A stretch of 48,922 nt of DNA from a virus (taxonomy: Duplodnaviria > Caudoviricetes), in IMG/VR virus record IMGVR_UViG_3300032267_000653, positions 1 to 48,922 of that record; one strand, given 5' to 3'. Positions 11,901 through 20,015 of this stretch are shown in pieces (the stretch's first letter is position 1; each line of letters opens with the position of its first letter). The notes beneath the pieces were generated by a model. The model worked only from the letters and a program-made list of their open reading frames with translations. It searched no databases and was not told where the DNA came from. The translations under genes and the position numbers were made by a program.

Positions 11901-13223
11901 AGAGGAACTAGGGGCGTATTTAATTTTATGGGTGGTGCGTTCCACCACGCTGAGCGTATCTCTCGTGAGATTATGTTTATGTCGTCTTTTGAATTAGCCT
12001 ACGCTGATTACAAACAAAAGGGCATGGATGATAAAGCTGCGTTTAATGCTGCTACTGAAAAAGCTTTAACTTTAACTTACGACGCTCTATTTAACTACAC
12101 ACAGTACAACAAACCTAGGTTGATGAAGGGTAGCCCAGGAGCTAAGCTAGCTACTCAGTTCTTAACTTATCCACTGCAAATGACATCGTACTTGGTGCGT
12201 AACTTCTATGGCATGTTGCCATTACTAAACAAAGACGAGAAGAAAGAAGCGGCTATTAAGTTCTTTGGCACTTTGGGTATGACTGGTTTGTTTGCTGGTG
12301 TTACAGGGTTCCCTTTATATAGCTTTATTATGGGTGTAGCAGAGGGCATGCGTGAGTTAATGCGTGATGAAGAAGACGAAGATTACGACGAAGATGATGA
12401 AGGAAACCCACTTGGAAAACGTAACCTAGACTTATGGTTTAGAAATTCGTTTATACCTAGCTATTTTGGCCCCGATAGTAATTTAGCAAGCATTTTAGGG
12501 TTAACTGAAGAAGCTGCTAAAACATTGGCTCGTGGCGTTGAAATGGGTCCATTATCTGCATATACAGGTTTGAATCTTGGTGCATCTACTTCGTTAGATG
12601 GCTTATGGTTTAGAGACGATACCCCTGGAAATACTTCTCGTGAAGCTTTCCAAAACTTTATATTTGGTTTTAGTGGTCCTATAGGTAGCATAGGTTCAAA
12701 TTTTGCTGGTGCTTTTGACGATTTTAATAATGGGCAAATAAATAGAGGTTTTGAAAAACTTGCCCCAGCATGGCTTAGAGGCAGTTTGACCGCATATAGA
12801 TTGAGCACAGAGGGTGCTACTACCACCAAAGGCGCTGAAATTAAAGAAGCTGAGTTTTATACAACAGGTAAATTAGCTGCTCAAGCTTTAGGGTTTGGAA
12901 ATACTGAAGTAGCACAAATACAAAAATCTAACTTTATGGCAAAACAAGTAATCGAGCAGATAAAGAAAGAAAAAGCTAATTTACTTAATCGTCTAGACGT
13001 AGCAGTGCGTAATGATGACGATGATAAGGTTGAAGAAATACTGGATAAAATAACCAAGTTCAACACCAAAAATGCCATGTTGCCTATTAGCGGAGAAACA
13101 GTTAATAAGTCTTTACAGTCCCGTGCAAAAGCTCGTGGCAAATCATACCAAGGTTTGTCTGTAGCAGATAAAGAAGCTCCGTTCATTTATCCTTTAGTAG
13201 AAGGCACTCGTTCTCCTGATTAA
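5994..13223 (+). CDS. Giant polyvalent-type internal virion protein (AT-hook, ART-like domain, HExxH zincin domain, helical C-terminus)
   Basis: 2409 aa. KPRGRPK at 8061; FKKWFGKSKIVNKDGTPKKMYHGT...AVYNSNQIKS at ~8540-9240; HEALH at 9570-9584 with downstream EFVAY. Confidence 0.7.
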   Translation: MAYESATNPTTGEKLFLVGDKWLPPSETATNPKTGQRAFLVNNEWQVLDTPKAAPVTSTAPVADSKGRFDANNQPRTPAVAAEPILSPEEQVASQVGAPSTAPIAPTVAAQPKPPSELNMGREFIEKGLPSGYIGLKSTAAGVNLLKEANFIGSAMKNLDVYKQIDEGKITSLADAEGLGLPKDQVRMYLAAKSPEAREQMKQNQQGIIEKRQGFVREGLNLFKQYQAEAEKVKGVTPDITDVGTVKDFGNWLAFNVGSGAVQLAPIILAALTTGGPGAFALGTTMGVGETVGNRLQFIQNKVKDLPPEQQADEIEKYIRDTADTTMAIGLASGALDLFGPVGSILRGRAGKEGVKYLTKKEALKAGAKAAPRDIVEEGLTGAGQEAVQIGGKRTLGEQKGDLFSEENIKDVINAAAAEAAGGVGGTTVNTGLKVAQAQAAQNQEKEAKVIEAQKKILDRLNAPGAMDALGQQFNNEVERLRNTINPKTIKKDGSGGRLYTEEEAYAIAGDAILQEENLDGLESTIGGTNQSGVSVPSGPSETDTGIEGTTTGDVAATSETTTAVGGGEGTELNTLAADLKAKYPQLTDEQALANAKESLRQKQMAAGMGAPTPTSALTPEQEQRRIDLRNILEAGTFDEAQGRAIVEELIALENLAEGDIAPPQDTTITEEEAPTDTTEDGKPPVKIGKPRGRPKTEKTPEQQAAAAEYRKQRQDIGKNALTEVTKAEKVLNRVVDEQAIIENSGTEKEAQDTLFGLREERIGALSVAYGLSVDPDQKNKTAGKRATALLEKADPQERELGKQRHEAKQKLSAPSRSEMTAQDLKDRQQLAITRRRLELQKPISIFTEAFKKWFGKSKIVNKDGTPKKMYHGTARDIGEFQPKQANAIFLTEDPKFAEGFTAASKYFMSKEAFSKLPFEQQEKIAKEMFGMAVKNSYMSSKDAQMGIKFLLSSSDSILSGAFSKWGMEPYVNKFMEPYVGNGPNIIPVYAKAEMPFDYENPDHVDFVIAALTPEEKQAALSNVSYDPNRLVTALQQGAWVHIESAPIQAAMRRVGFDGFYVREGGNKNLAVYNSNQIKSVFNQTPTEDANISRSEIIESTNGQDNPAFEKFNNAKGALNYIARKGNPFEKALAQRLVPFLNGVKFVIVDSEADMPTPKLQKFMKGAAGLFDPETNTIYVAREGGINNTVVLHEALHAATIAKINTYILLKNAKKPIPNDLRVAVAELYETMDEAKALYDQLNEAGMLLPEMEAIPYIAFTDVKEFVAYGLSLPVMQDFLLFAPGEYAGEAPGFISKLFNKFVQSLRKMFNMGENHKSALQDLMIVTNKLLDVQLLETVATGEPSQAKAKQPKAPKQLKMVENVLRKLRLSHSSSDMNTSIGQLIMQTRNANDAIRLVKAVYNTISVAKLKLVMRAFDTGDITRIAGDKLSNIKVINNAVEGMAGMRTRMIRELSEKVPAWINFNQKYKQGGKALADVINAATLLQVDPAKHPDAATAIKNDPDLQRIENAILNPSTDPKTLPNLKKQRTERTAAIKLLYEGGVLNNPITGEKFTMLGWDALGKFGKGEGHDIYRMARDSYKQTFDLHEKLLKEKIAASNVPGDVNDAATPKGKLIAAITKTFQEARLLDIYFPLMRYGNFWFSKGKGKSGEFYMFESATARNAAVEARVAELNKASGTNRSLDQMIADGDIDVGDDIRKLREKHVESSDMLKEIFAMLDSNKMTDIEAVKDNIYQMYLMTLPDKDIRRKFVHRQGKTGFSADAIRNFITSQHTAANQLSRLTYADKIRNGIAAAYAEIAQNPDKLKLAVIIREISARALDEITPSIPDEGIDWNKVASVGNKFVFYWLLTSPKSALIQMTQLPIVGLPTLGAEFGIGKATATAARYSALWNKFGIPVKDPDGNIITKWGQPSIGDSSYIAKHPDPAYRKMLKDAWNFANDKDIFMSTYAGDMTAMSEVPTAQYHNVISRGTRGVFNFMGGAFHHAERISREIMFMSSFELAYADYKQKGMDDKAAFNAATEKALTLTYDALFNYTQYNKPRLMKGSPGAKLATQFLTYPLQMTSYLVRNFYGMLPLLNKDEKKEAAIKFFGTLGMTGLFAGVTGFPLYSFIMGVAEGMRELMRDEEDEDYDEDDEGNPLGKRNLDLWFRNSFIPSYFGPDSNLASILGLTEEAAKTLARGVEMGPLSAYTGLNLGASTSLDGLWFRDDTPGNTSREAFQNFIFGFSGPIGSIGSNFAGAFDDFNNGQINRGFEKLAPAWLRGSLTAYRLSTEGATTTKGAEIKEAEFYTTGKLAAQALGFGNTEVAQIQKSNFMAKQVIEQIKKEKANLLNRLDVAVRNDDDDKVEEILDKITKFNTKNAMLPISGETVNKSLQSRAKARGKSYQGLSVADKEAPFIYPLVEGTRSPD

Positions 13224-13248
13224 AAAAGACCCCGCACTAGGCGGGGTT
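13222..13248 (-). terminator. Intrinsic terminator at the convergence of the two arms
   Basis: ACCCCGC-ACTAG-GCGGGGT hairpin with A6 on + (U-tract on -). Confidence 0.75.
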
Positions 13249-13316
13249 CAAGAGGATTGGAAGGAGCTAACTTCCGAGGAGAAACAACAAGGAGTTGTTC
13301 TACGCCCGAGTATAGG

Positions 13317-13511
13317 TTAAATCCTCCAGATGCGTAAGCCCCTCACCCCTTCTTCAATAACTAATTTTGTAATCACTTCTATCTTTAATCTTTTTGTAAC
13401 ACGTAGGATATCTTTCTTAGCTACACTGGTGTCAATGCAGGGTATAAAAATTGAATACCCCACTTTGAAATTTCTCCAGTTAACGTTGTAACTAATCTTC
13501 TCTACTAGCAT
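13317..13511 (-). CDS. Small hypothetical protein
   Basis: 64 aa, overlaps the primase stop, ends GVRGLRIWRI. Confidence 0.6.
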   Translation of the reverse strand: MLVEKISYNVNWRNFKVGYSIFIPCIDTSVAKKDILRVTKRLKIEVITKLVIEEGVRGLRIWRI

Positions 13512-16332
13512 TCTCAACTATAGGTGCAACCATCGCATCTATATCAATAAAGTCTGCCACAGAACAATCAAATATCAACGCATAGACCCCAGGGGACGTG
13601 ACCCGCATGCCTTTTGACATCTGCTTGGTATCGCCTTTTAAGAATATGCCCTTAGTTTTAAGCTCATGCAATGTGTCTTTGTACGATGCTTGTGACTCCA
13701 CGCAATCCTTTTTAAAATGCTTGGCAACAATATACATTAGCTTTGTATCAGGCTCGTAACGGATATACAACTTGTCCCGTGGCTCTTGTATCGGCAATGT
13801 GTGCATATTGGTACGCTTGTCTGTCTCGTTGTTTACAACCAACATATTTTGTATATGACGGTTAATGTAGTCACCAATTACAGAAGAAGAGTTATTAGCT
13901 GGAGGTGCGATGTCTTGACGTACTGTAGTTAACATCTGCATAGACCATGCGTAAATAGCTTTCATATCGTAGTCGTGCAGACCCAGCATGCGGGCAATCA
14001 AACCCCCTGTTAAGTTACAAGCAATAACCGCAGACCAGAAGCGCTCCTTGTTAGTTAGGCGCATCTCCTTATCAATCTTCTGCTGGATAGCTAGCATGTT
14101 GCTCTTAGCATCTTCTAGGTTATTGACTAGGTATGAGCAGTAAATATCCCCAGCATGACCGTAATTCTCCTTGAGCTGGTGGTCAAACATATGCTTAGCC
14201 ACGTGCGTAGGGATGATGTTACTTGGGTGGATTTGGTACTCTAGCAAGCGCATCATCTCACCATCAGGGCTATTTTTATGCACACCCATTTTTTCATAGA
14301 AGCTAGCGTTTGAACTGGCTAAAGACATAGTCTGCCAAGTAGTCTTATTAATACGCATCTCGTTCTTATCAGACCTAGACCTGTTTGCACCACGACCTTG
14401 AGACATGCTATACGCTAGGGTGGAGAAGTCCGCAGGGGTAAGATTGGTAATCTCATCTACAGTAAACGGTAGGTTATTCATAATGCCTAGGTGCAGTACC
14501 TTAGCCGCTAGGGTATCTTTCCAAATAGCTGCTAGCTTGTCAGGATGCCCGTACACGCTGTTACACATATACAACGCAGTAGACTTACCTGTACCTGAGT
14601 CCTTGTGGATCAAGTTTATGATTGCTCCGCTATGACCAGTAAACTTAAGAAGCGGCGCGCCAAACGCAGTAAGCGCAGCGAACGCATGGGGTTCTAGACC
14701 AGGTGCCCCGTACATATTAAATACTTCTTTCCACTTCTCAAATGTACCCATAGGGTGCATGCTTTCTGCAAACTGTTGTGTAACTGTGGATGGCGGGCTA
14801 TGGAATACACCATCCTTGTTAATTTCTCTGTCGCCAATAATAAACTTGCTGTCTTTATCTACCCAGCCAAATTGTGTCCTCATAAGTTCCGCTTTCTTTT
14901 TATATTGCAATTCTTTAATGAACGTCATTAAGAACGCCATTAATTGATCCATCTGTTTTGGCATTCCTGCCACACCCTTGGTAGAAAGAGCTTCACGCAA
15001 TCTTTCTTTAACCGCCACCGTAGAAAGGGGTATTGTAAATTCTCGTACACCGTCTTGAGGTAAATGCAAACGTAACAGTACTAACTCACCCACAGAAGGG
15101 TCAGGGTCGTTCATGCGCTTTACTACATACAAGTCATGCTCGTACACGCATATAGGTTCTGTTTCTTCATCGCTACTAACAGTTATGTAAATGCCACCGT
15201 TTTTGCCACGGAAGTAAGGGTGTGGGTAAGACGGTATTTTGTGTGTTGCAAAGTCATCTAGCTCTTCGGTCTCGTGAACCTCTGTCTCTTCTGCCTTTAC
15301 TATTTCTCTACCCAACGCAATAGGAGAACCGATACGACCTTTCCATTGGCAGCCATCACAACCCCCTGGGTTATTTTTCTCAAACGTAGCGCATCGTTGT
15401 GCGAACGCAGTGTGGCTAGCTTTGTTCTCTGTATCTTCGGGTGAATACTCAGGATGCCGTTCTGAAATCTTATGAATTGCAGTTTCTCTATCTACGCAAC
15501 GGTGTGCAATAGATAAGGCATTGAACCACATAGGTTCGGATACAGAATCTTGGTTTTGATATTGGTACAACAACTGTGCACAACCTTCATTGTTGGCACT
15601 GCGAATCATAATCTTGCTAAACCGTGATACGGTATTAGCAGCCATGGCTTTTTGCAACTCACTTAATTCTTTTGGTGCGGAAGGTTTTGTTGGCGCTTCT
15701 TTCACGCCTAGTAAATTTTTAAATGTTTCGTATTCTACATCTGGTGCATCACTGATTAGCTCTACTGGCTTAGGTGGATTATCTTTAAAGTTCAGTGTGC
15801 CTGGTACTCTAAGAACACGGGCTATTTCAAATACGCTTGCATCGACATAAAGGTTGTGCAATACACATAGCTCATTCAAACGATTAGCAACTGGCTCCCA
15901 TTCCTCTTTACTTACAGGATTAGTAAGGGGCCAATACGCATGGATGCCTCTACCTGAGTTAACAAGTAACGGCTTGGGTAATCCGATTAGTTTGCAAAAC
16001 TTTTGTAGCTCTTGTAATCCAGTAGGTTGGTCAATGTATCCATCGGGGCGACCTGTCTTTGGGTTTACTTCTGCCTTAGACTCGCCACAATCTAAATCAA
16101 TCCAAAAGGATTTAAGGTCTTTTACGTTTTCCTTTTTGCGGTTTAAATTGGTTTCAAACTTAGCTACGCCAAAATAAACATCCCTACCTTTTTTTAAAAA
16201 CTCTGCTACATACTTATCGAATTCTTCCCGTGTTTGAACAAGCTCTTGTATAGCAGACTTTCCCTTTAAGCCGAGCACGGTCAGCCACCCATCGGGGCTT
16301 TGCACTCTGTTTAATAGGTCAATATTTGCCAT
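13492..16332 (-). CDS. Primase-helicase (N-terminal primase domain, Cys-rich middle, DUF927-like P-loop helicase)
   Basis: WIDLD, VNSGRGIHAYW and RVLRVPGTLN primase motifs; Cys cluster CATF...CDGC; Walker A SGTGKST and Walker B TVDE. Start taken at MANIDLL, downstream of a terminator. Confidence 0.8.
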   Translation of the reverse strand: MANIDLLNRVQSPDGWLTVLGLKGKSAIQELVQTREEFDKYVAEFLKKGRDVYFGVAKFETNLNRKKENVKDLKSFWIDLDCGESKAEVNPKTGRPDGYIDQPTGLQELQKFCKLIGLPKPLLVNSGRGIHAYWPLTNPVSKEEWEPVANRLNELCVLHNLYVDASVFEIARVLRVPGTLNFKDNPPKPVELISDAPDVEYETFKNLLGVKEAPTKPSAPKELSELQKAMAANTVSRFSKIMIRSANNEGCAQLLYQYQNQDSVSEPMWFNALSIAHRCVDRETAIHKISERHPEYSPEDTENKASHTAFAQRCATFEKNNPGGCDGCQWKGRIGSPIALGREIVKAEETEVHETEELDDFATHKIPSYPHPYFRGKNGGIYITVSSDEETEPICVYEHDLYVVKRMNDPDPSVGELVLLRLHLPQDGVREFTIPLSTVAVKERLREALSTKGVAGMPKQMDQLMAFLMTFIKELQYKKKAELMRTQFGWVDKDSKFIIGDREINKDGVFHSPPSTVTQQFAESMHPMGTFEKWKEVFNMYGAPGLEPHAFAALTAFGAPLLKFTGHSGAIINLIHKDSGTGKSTALYMCNSVYGHPDKLAAIWKDTLAAKVLHLGIMNNLPFTVDEITNLTPADFSTLAYSMSQGRGANRSRSDKNEMRINKTTWQTMSLASSNASFYEKMGVHKNSPDGEMMRLLEYQIHPSNIIPTHVAKHMFDHQLKENYGHAGDIYCSYLVNNLEDAKSNMLAIQQKIDKEMRLTNKERFWSAVIACNLTGGLIARMLGLHDYDMKAIYAWSMQMLTTVRQDIAPPANNSSSVIGDYINRHIQNMLVVNNETDKRTNMHTLPIQEPRDKLYIRYEPDTKLMYIVAKHFKKDCVESQASYKDTLHELKTKGIFLKGDTKQMSKGMRVTSPGVYALIFDCSVADFIDIDAMVAPIVENASRED

Positions 16333-16351
16333 CGTTGTCTCGTTGTTGGGG

Positions 16352-16375
16352 AAAAAAGGGGGGACTACTCCCCCC
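16352..16375 (-). terminator. Intrinsic terminator just upstream of the primase gene
   Basis: Minus strand reads GGGGGGA-GTAG-TCCCCCC-TTTTTT. Confidence 0.7.
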
Positions 16376-16394
16376 AAACCTCCAGTAATAAGGC

Positions 16395-16652
16395 TTACTT
16401 TAAATTTGCTTCTTTAATGTGCTTGTTAAAACTATTGAGTAATCTAGTGACGTCTTTAGTAACGTTGCCCTTTGGTGTATACAACCCAATGAACCAGTTA
16501 TAAACGGTTTGACGGCTAACTTTAAGCGTACCAGCTACATCCGCAACTGATATGCCTAGTTTAATAGACGCCCTACCCAACGCAACTCCAAGCCTACTGC
16601 TATCGGCTCTTTTGTTTAACTGAATAGTCTTGGCACTATAGCCGTAACTCAT
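16395..16652 (-). CDS. Cro/XRE-like HTH DNA-binding protein
   Basis: ISVADVAGTLKVSRQTVYNWFIG helix-turn-helix pattern. Confidence 0.75.
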   Translation of the reverse strand: MSYGYSAKTIQLNKRADSSRLGVALGRASIKLGISVADVAGTLKVSRQTVYNWFIGLYTPKGNVTKDVTRLLNSFNKHIKEANLK

Positions 16653-16654
16653 TT

Positions 16655-17542
16655 TTAGCTATCCGACCAAGCACTGACAACGTCAGCTAGATTTGCCTTT
16701 GGCGCTGCAGGAGGCGCTTCAGCTTTCTTAGACCGTTTAACTACAGGCTCTTCAATTACCTCAACCTCAGCTTCTTCTTTGAATACTGGGGCTGGTGCTT
16801 TAGCTGCTGGGGGTAACTTAACAACACCATCTTGCTGGGCTACAGTTAGCTGGATTACAGTCTTAGCCTCTTGTGTTGCCTGAGCAGCTTCTACTACATC
16901 AATCTCTTCATCAGTTAGATGACGCACAGGAGTGAACTTCAATACATCAGCAGTCTCGTCCTCGTCAAAAGAAATCTGAGTAACGATGCGGTCAATGCTT
17001 TCTCCGTTAGCTGGCAAGAACTTAATATAACTTTCAAACGGATGTGTGTTACCAGTGCCCTTACCAAACAATGACTTAGCTGGGATGTTGAACTGATAAA
17101 TGTCACCACTCATATCACCTTCGAGTACTACTGCTATACGACGGTTAAATCGGCATGCACGACCTTTGCCGTTAGTGCCTGAGCCATCAATGTTTTGTGG
17201 GCAACTAGCGCAGTTTGCTGATTGTGCATTAGCAGCTTTAGGGTCAGGTACATCACCTAGGTTTGACCAGCAGTCTGGCAGAGTAGGAGCCGCATCAGGA
17301 TCATACGCAGTTGCGTAGAACTGACGAGATACTTTAGGTAAGGCATTGATAACGATGACGTTCATGTGCCCGTCTTTAATCTTACCTGCTTCTTTACCAT
17401 TAACGATACGACGGAATACACCCTTAGCCATAGTGATACGACGGGATGTACTAGTAGTTGCACCTAATGCCTTAGATAGCTCACTAACTTCACGACCTGC
17501 TACTGGTGCTGTTTTTTGTTGAAAAATAGAAATGTTACTCAT
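16655..17542 (-). CDS. Putative ssDNA-binding/annealing protein
   Basis: CWS...CASCPQN...RAC Cys motif, Pro/Ala linker and acidic/aromatic tail (..SAWSDS), in the replication cluster. Confidence 0.5.
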   Translation of the reverse strand: MSNISIFQQKTAPVAGREVSELSKALGATTSTSRRITMAKGVFRRIVNGKEAGKIKDGHMNVIVINALPKVSRQFYATAYDPDAAPTLPDCWSNLGDVPDPKAANAQSANCASCPQNIDGSGTNGKGRACRFNRRIAVVLEGDMSGDIYQFNIPAKSLFGKGTGNTHPFESYIKFLPANGESIDRIVTQISFDEDETADVLKFTPVRHLTDEEIDVVEAAQATQEAKTVIQLTVAQQDGVVKLPPAAKAPAPVFKEEAEVEVIEEPVVKRSKKAEAPPAAPKANLADVVSAWSDS

Positions 17543-17940
17543 TATTTGCTCCTTCTAACGACCACGGTGTATTTTCTGTCTGCTTGTAAACCAGCAGGTA
17601 ACAGTTCGGGATTCTCTTCGAGAAACTGCTTGAGGTTAGTTTGATGTATCCTCTTCTCGAGCAGGGGGTATGCGTCATGTTCTTCGATGAACTGATACAT
17701 AGAATCCCAATCAGTCGTCCAGTACCGTGTATCCACTTTACGAATGATTGTCCCTGCTGGTGTTTTAATGCTGTCAGCGTTGTTGTCCCTACATATATCT
17801 AGCATCTTCTCCGCTAGCAGTTCTTGTTGGGCTTTCAAGCCTTCGTCTTGTGCTTCATACTGCTCTTTTAATTCTGCTCGTTTATCACGAATTTTTATGT
17901 AAACTTCGGCGAGTTTATCTGTTGTGAAATCTTCCATCAT
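17542..17940 (-). CDS. Hypothetical protein (coiled-coil N-terminus)
   Basis: 132 aa, AAGGAG RBS, TAATG-coupled to the next gene. Confidence 0.7.
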   Translation of the reverse strand: MMEDFTTDKLAEVYIKIRDKRAELKEQYEAQDEGLKAQQELLAEKMLDICRDNNADSIKTPAGTIIRKVDTRYWTTDWDSMYQFIEEHDAYPLLEKRIHQTNLKQFLEENPELLPAGLQADRKYTVVVRRSK

Positions 17941-17967
17941 TTAGCTCCTTCAAACTACGAACTTTTT

Positions 17968-17995
17968 ATTATATAGATGACTTTGACAATGTCAA
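17968..17995 (-). promoter_or_regulatory. Sigma70-type promoter
   Basis: TTGACA (17990-17995), 16-nt spacer, TATAAT (17968-17973). Confidence 0.6.
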
Positions 17996-19386
17996 GCTAT
18001 ATTTTCTATTTCTTGTCTATATAAGTCAATTATTTTTGTATGACTGTCTATGTTACTTTGTAGCATTCTGTATAGCTTTGCTTCTACTTCACTTCCTTTG
18101 ATATGCACAATGGTCATAGGGTTCTTTTGCCCAGGACGGTTAATACGAGCGTTGGCTTGTAAATACGTCTCTACACTGGTCATAGGAGCATACCAAATGA
18201 TTACGTTAGCGGCAGTCAGTGTTAACCCGTGCGATGCCGCTTGTGGTTGGATAATCAGAACACGAATGTTTTCTGTTGATTGAAAGTCGTTGATTATGTC
18301 GTGCCTTCTGTTTACAGGAACTTGCCCGTTGATAACCGCACAAGGAATATTAGCTGCTGTTAAATATTTGTTTAGTAGTTCTATAGTATGAGTAAACGGA
18401 ACAAACACCAGGACCTTATGTGATGCTTCGTTAATAACTTCTTCTATAACTTTCAAGCGGTTAGAAACATCAAACTCTATGACTTCTCTAGTATCGGTAT
18501 ACACCGCACCGCCAGATATCTGCAGTAGCTTGTTAATGTTAGTAGCTGCGTTTACAGAGGTTACTTGCTCTCCATCCGCTGACATAGTCATCTGTCGTTT
18601 GAGCAATTTGTAATACTTCATTTGCTGGGCAGTTAGGGGTGCATCCCGTTCAACAAAGGTAACGTCAGGTAAGTCTAGGCATTGGTCTTTCTCAAACCGA
18701 ATAGCTGGCTGTAACACTTTATGTATGGTGTCTTGGGCATTAGCTTTAGGTAGCCAACGATACATGCCAACTTTGTACATAACTTGGTCACGGAACTGAC
18801 CATAGAATTTGGGTGTGCCAGTTGGGTTAATAAGCTTGGCTAGGCCAAACGCATCTACGGGTGATTGGGCTGCTGGAGTACCAGTAAGCATCCATATACC
18901 CTTAACTTGACCAGCTATGTCTCTGAGGGTCTTCCAACGGGTTGTCTGTGCATTCTTATAGGCACTAGCTTCATCAACTACGATTAGGTCAAAGCCTCCG
19001 TTCAAGATGTCCTGCTTAACAATATCTACACCATCAAAGTTAATGATGACAAACTCAGCGTTGTTAGCAAATATCTTCTTGCGTTGAGTTGGGTTGCCAT
19101 GAGCTACATCGCATGTGCGGTGGATAGCAAACTTAAACAAGTCCTGTTGCCATGCTGACTTCATAATAGACAAAGGGCAGATGACCAGCACACGACGGAC
19201 TACACCCAACTTCATTAGGTAGTCTGTTGCCCATATTACGCTAGCTGTTTTACCAGTACCTTGCTCGTTAAAGCAGAATGCCTTGCGGTTTAATGTAAGA
19301 AACTCAGAGGTTAACTTCTGATGGTCAAACGGCTTAAATTTTCCAGGCCAGTTATAGTCCGTTAAGATGCTATTTTTTGCTGACAT
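17992..19386 (-). CDS. SNF2-family (SF2) helicase
   Basis: EQGTGKT, VDEAS, LTGTP, HGLTL and QANARINRPGQ motifs. Probable start MSAKNS. Confidence 0.85.
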   Translation of the reverse strand: MSAKNSILTDYNWPGKFKPFDHQKLTSEFLTLNRKAFCFNEQGTGKTASVIWATDYLMKLGVVRRVLVICPLSIMKSAWQQDLFKFAIHRTCDVAHGNPTQRKKIFANNAEFVIINFDGVDIVKQDILNGGFDLIVVDEASAYKNAQTTRWKTLRDIAGQVKGIWMLTGTPAAQSPVDAFGLAKLINPTGTPKFYGQFRDQVMYKVGMYRWLPKANAQDTIHKVLQPAIRFEKDQCLDLPDVTFVERDAPLTAQQMKYYKLLKRQMTMSADGEQVTSVNAATNINKLLQISGGAVYTDTREVIEFDVSNRLKVIEEVINEASHKVLVFVPFTHTIELLNKYLTAANIPCAVINGQVPVNRRHDIINDFQSTENIRVLIIQPQAASHGLTLTAANVIIWYAPMTSVETYLQANARINRPGQKNPMTIVHIKGSEVEAKLYRMLQSNIDSHTKIIDLYRQEIENIA

Positions 19387-19654
19387 TCCGTTTAACGGTG
19401 TGGTCTGAGTTCCTACTGAACGATCTGTTGTTGCTAGCGGATTTAACCTTGAGATTACTTTTAGCACTTGTGCCCCCCTTGCTGAGAGGCTTTGAGTGGT
19501 CGACGTCTTTTCCATCACCTTTTGATACCTTTCCTTCTTTCATTAGCTCCGCACGGGCAGTGTTACGTTTTGCCCTGTTTTTTAATTGTTCGGGTTTACC
19601 CTGATACTGTTCGTATTCTTTTTTGTATGGTCTAGGTTTGTTCACGTATGGCAT
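19370..19654 (-). CDS. HNH endonuclease-like protein
   Basis: DVDHSKPLSKGG...NL...NRS motif. Confidence 0.7.
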   Translation of the reverse strand: MPYVNKPRPYKKEYEQYQGKPEQLKNRAKRNTARAELMKEGKVSKGDGKDVDHSKPLSKGGTSAKSNLKVKSASNNRSFSRNSDHTVKRNVSKK

Positions 19655-20015
19655 GTTTTCTGTTCCATTCTTCTTCGTGTTCTTCGGCAGTCTTCATTTT
19701 GCCGTAAAAAGGGATAGTCATCAAGCCAGTTTGCTGTAATGCTGTAAGAAACCCACCCCTTTCGTATGACCCTTTAATTACTAACCGCATGGCTTGGCAC
19801 GTAACCCATGTCCATTTGCCGTTTATTTTGACCGCCAGCTCCATATCGTAAGTGCTACCCAAATCCCCATTTACGTCTATATAGCTTTCGGTTATTTTGC
19901 CCTTATCTTTTCCAACTCCAAACTCAATTACAAAGTTAGATGCAGGCTCGTAGTAGTCGTTTTTAAACTCAGGAGGTTCTACCTTTAAAGGGCACTCGTC
20001 AAAAGTCTCGCTCAT
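19632..20015 (-). CDS. Hypothetical protein
   Basis: 127 aa, ATGA-coupled, GGAG RBS. Confidence 0.6.
   Translation of the reverse strand: MSETFDECPLKVEPPEFKNDYYEPASNFVIEFGVGKDKGKITESYIDVNGDLGSTYDMELAVKINGKWTWVTCQAMRLVIKGSYERGGFLTALQQTGLMTIPFYGKMKTAEEHEEEWNRKHAIREQT

Noticed and set aside
19387-19518. Longer N-terminus of the SNF2 helicase given in the ORF track
   Set aside because: It overlaps the HNH-like gene in another frame. MSAKNS at 19386 is the more plausible start.
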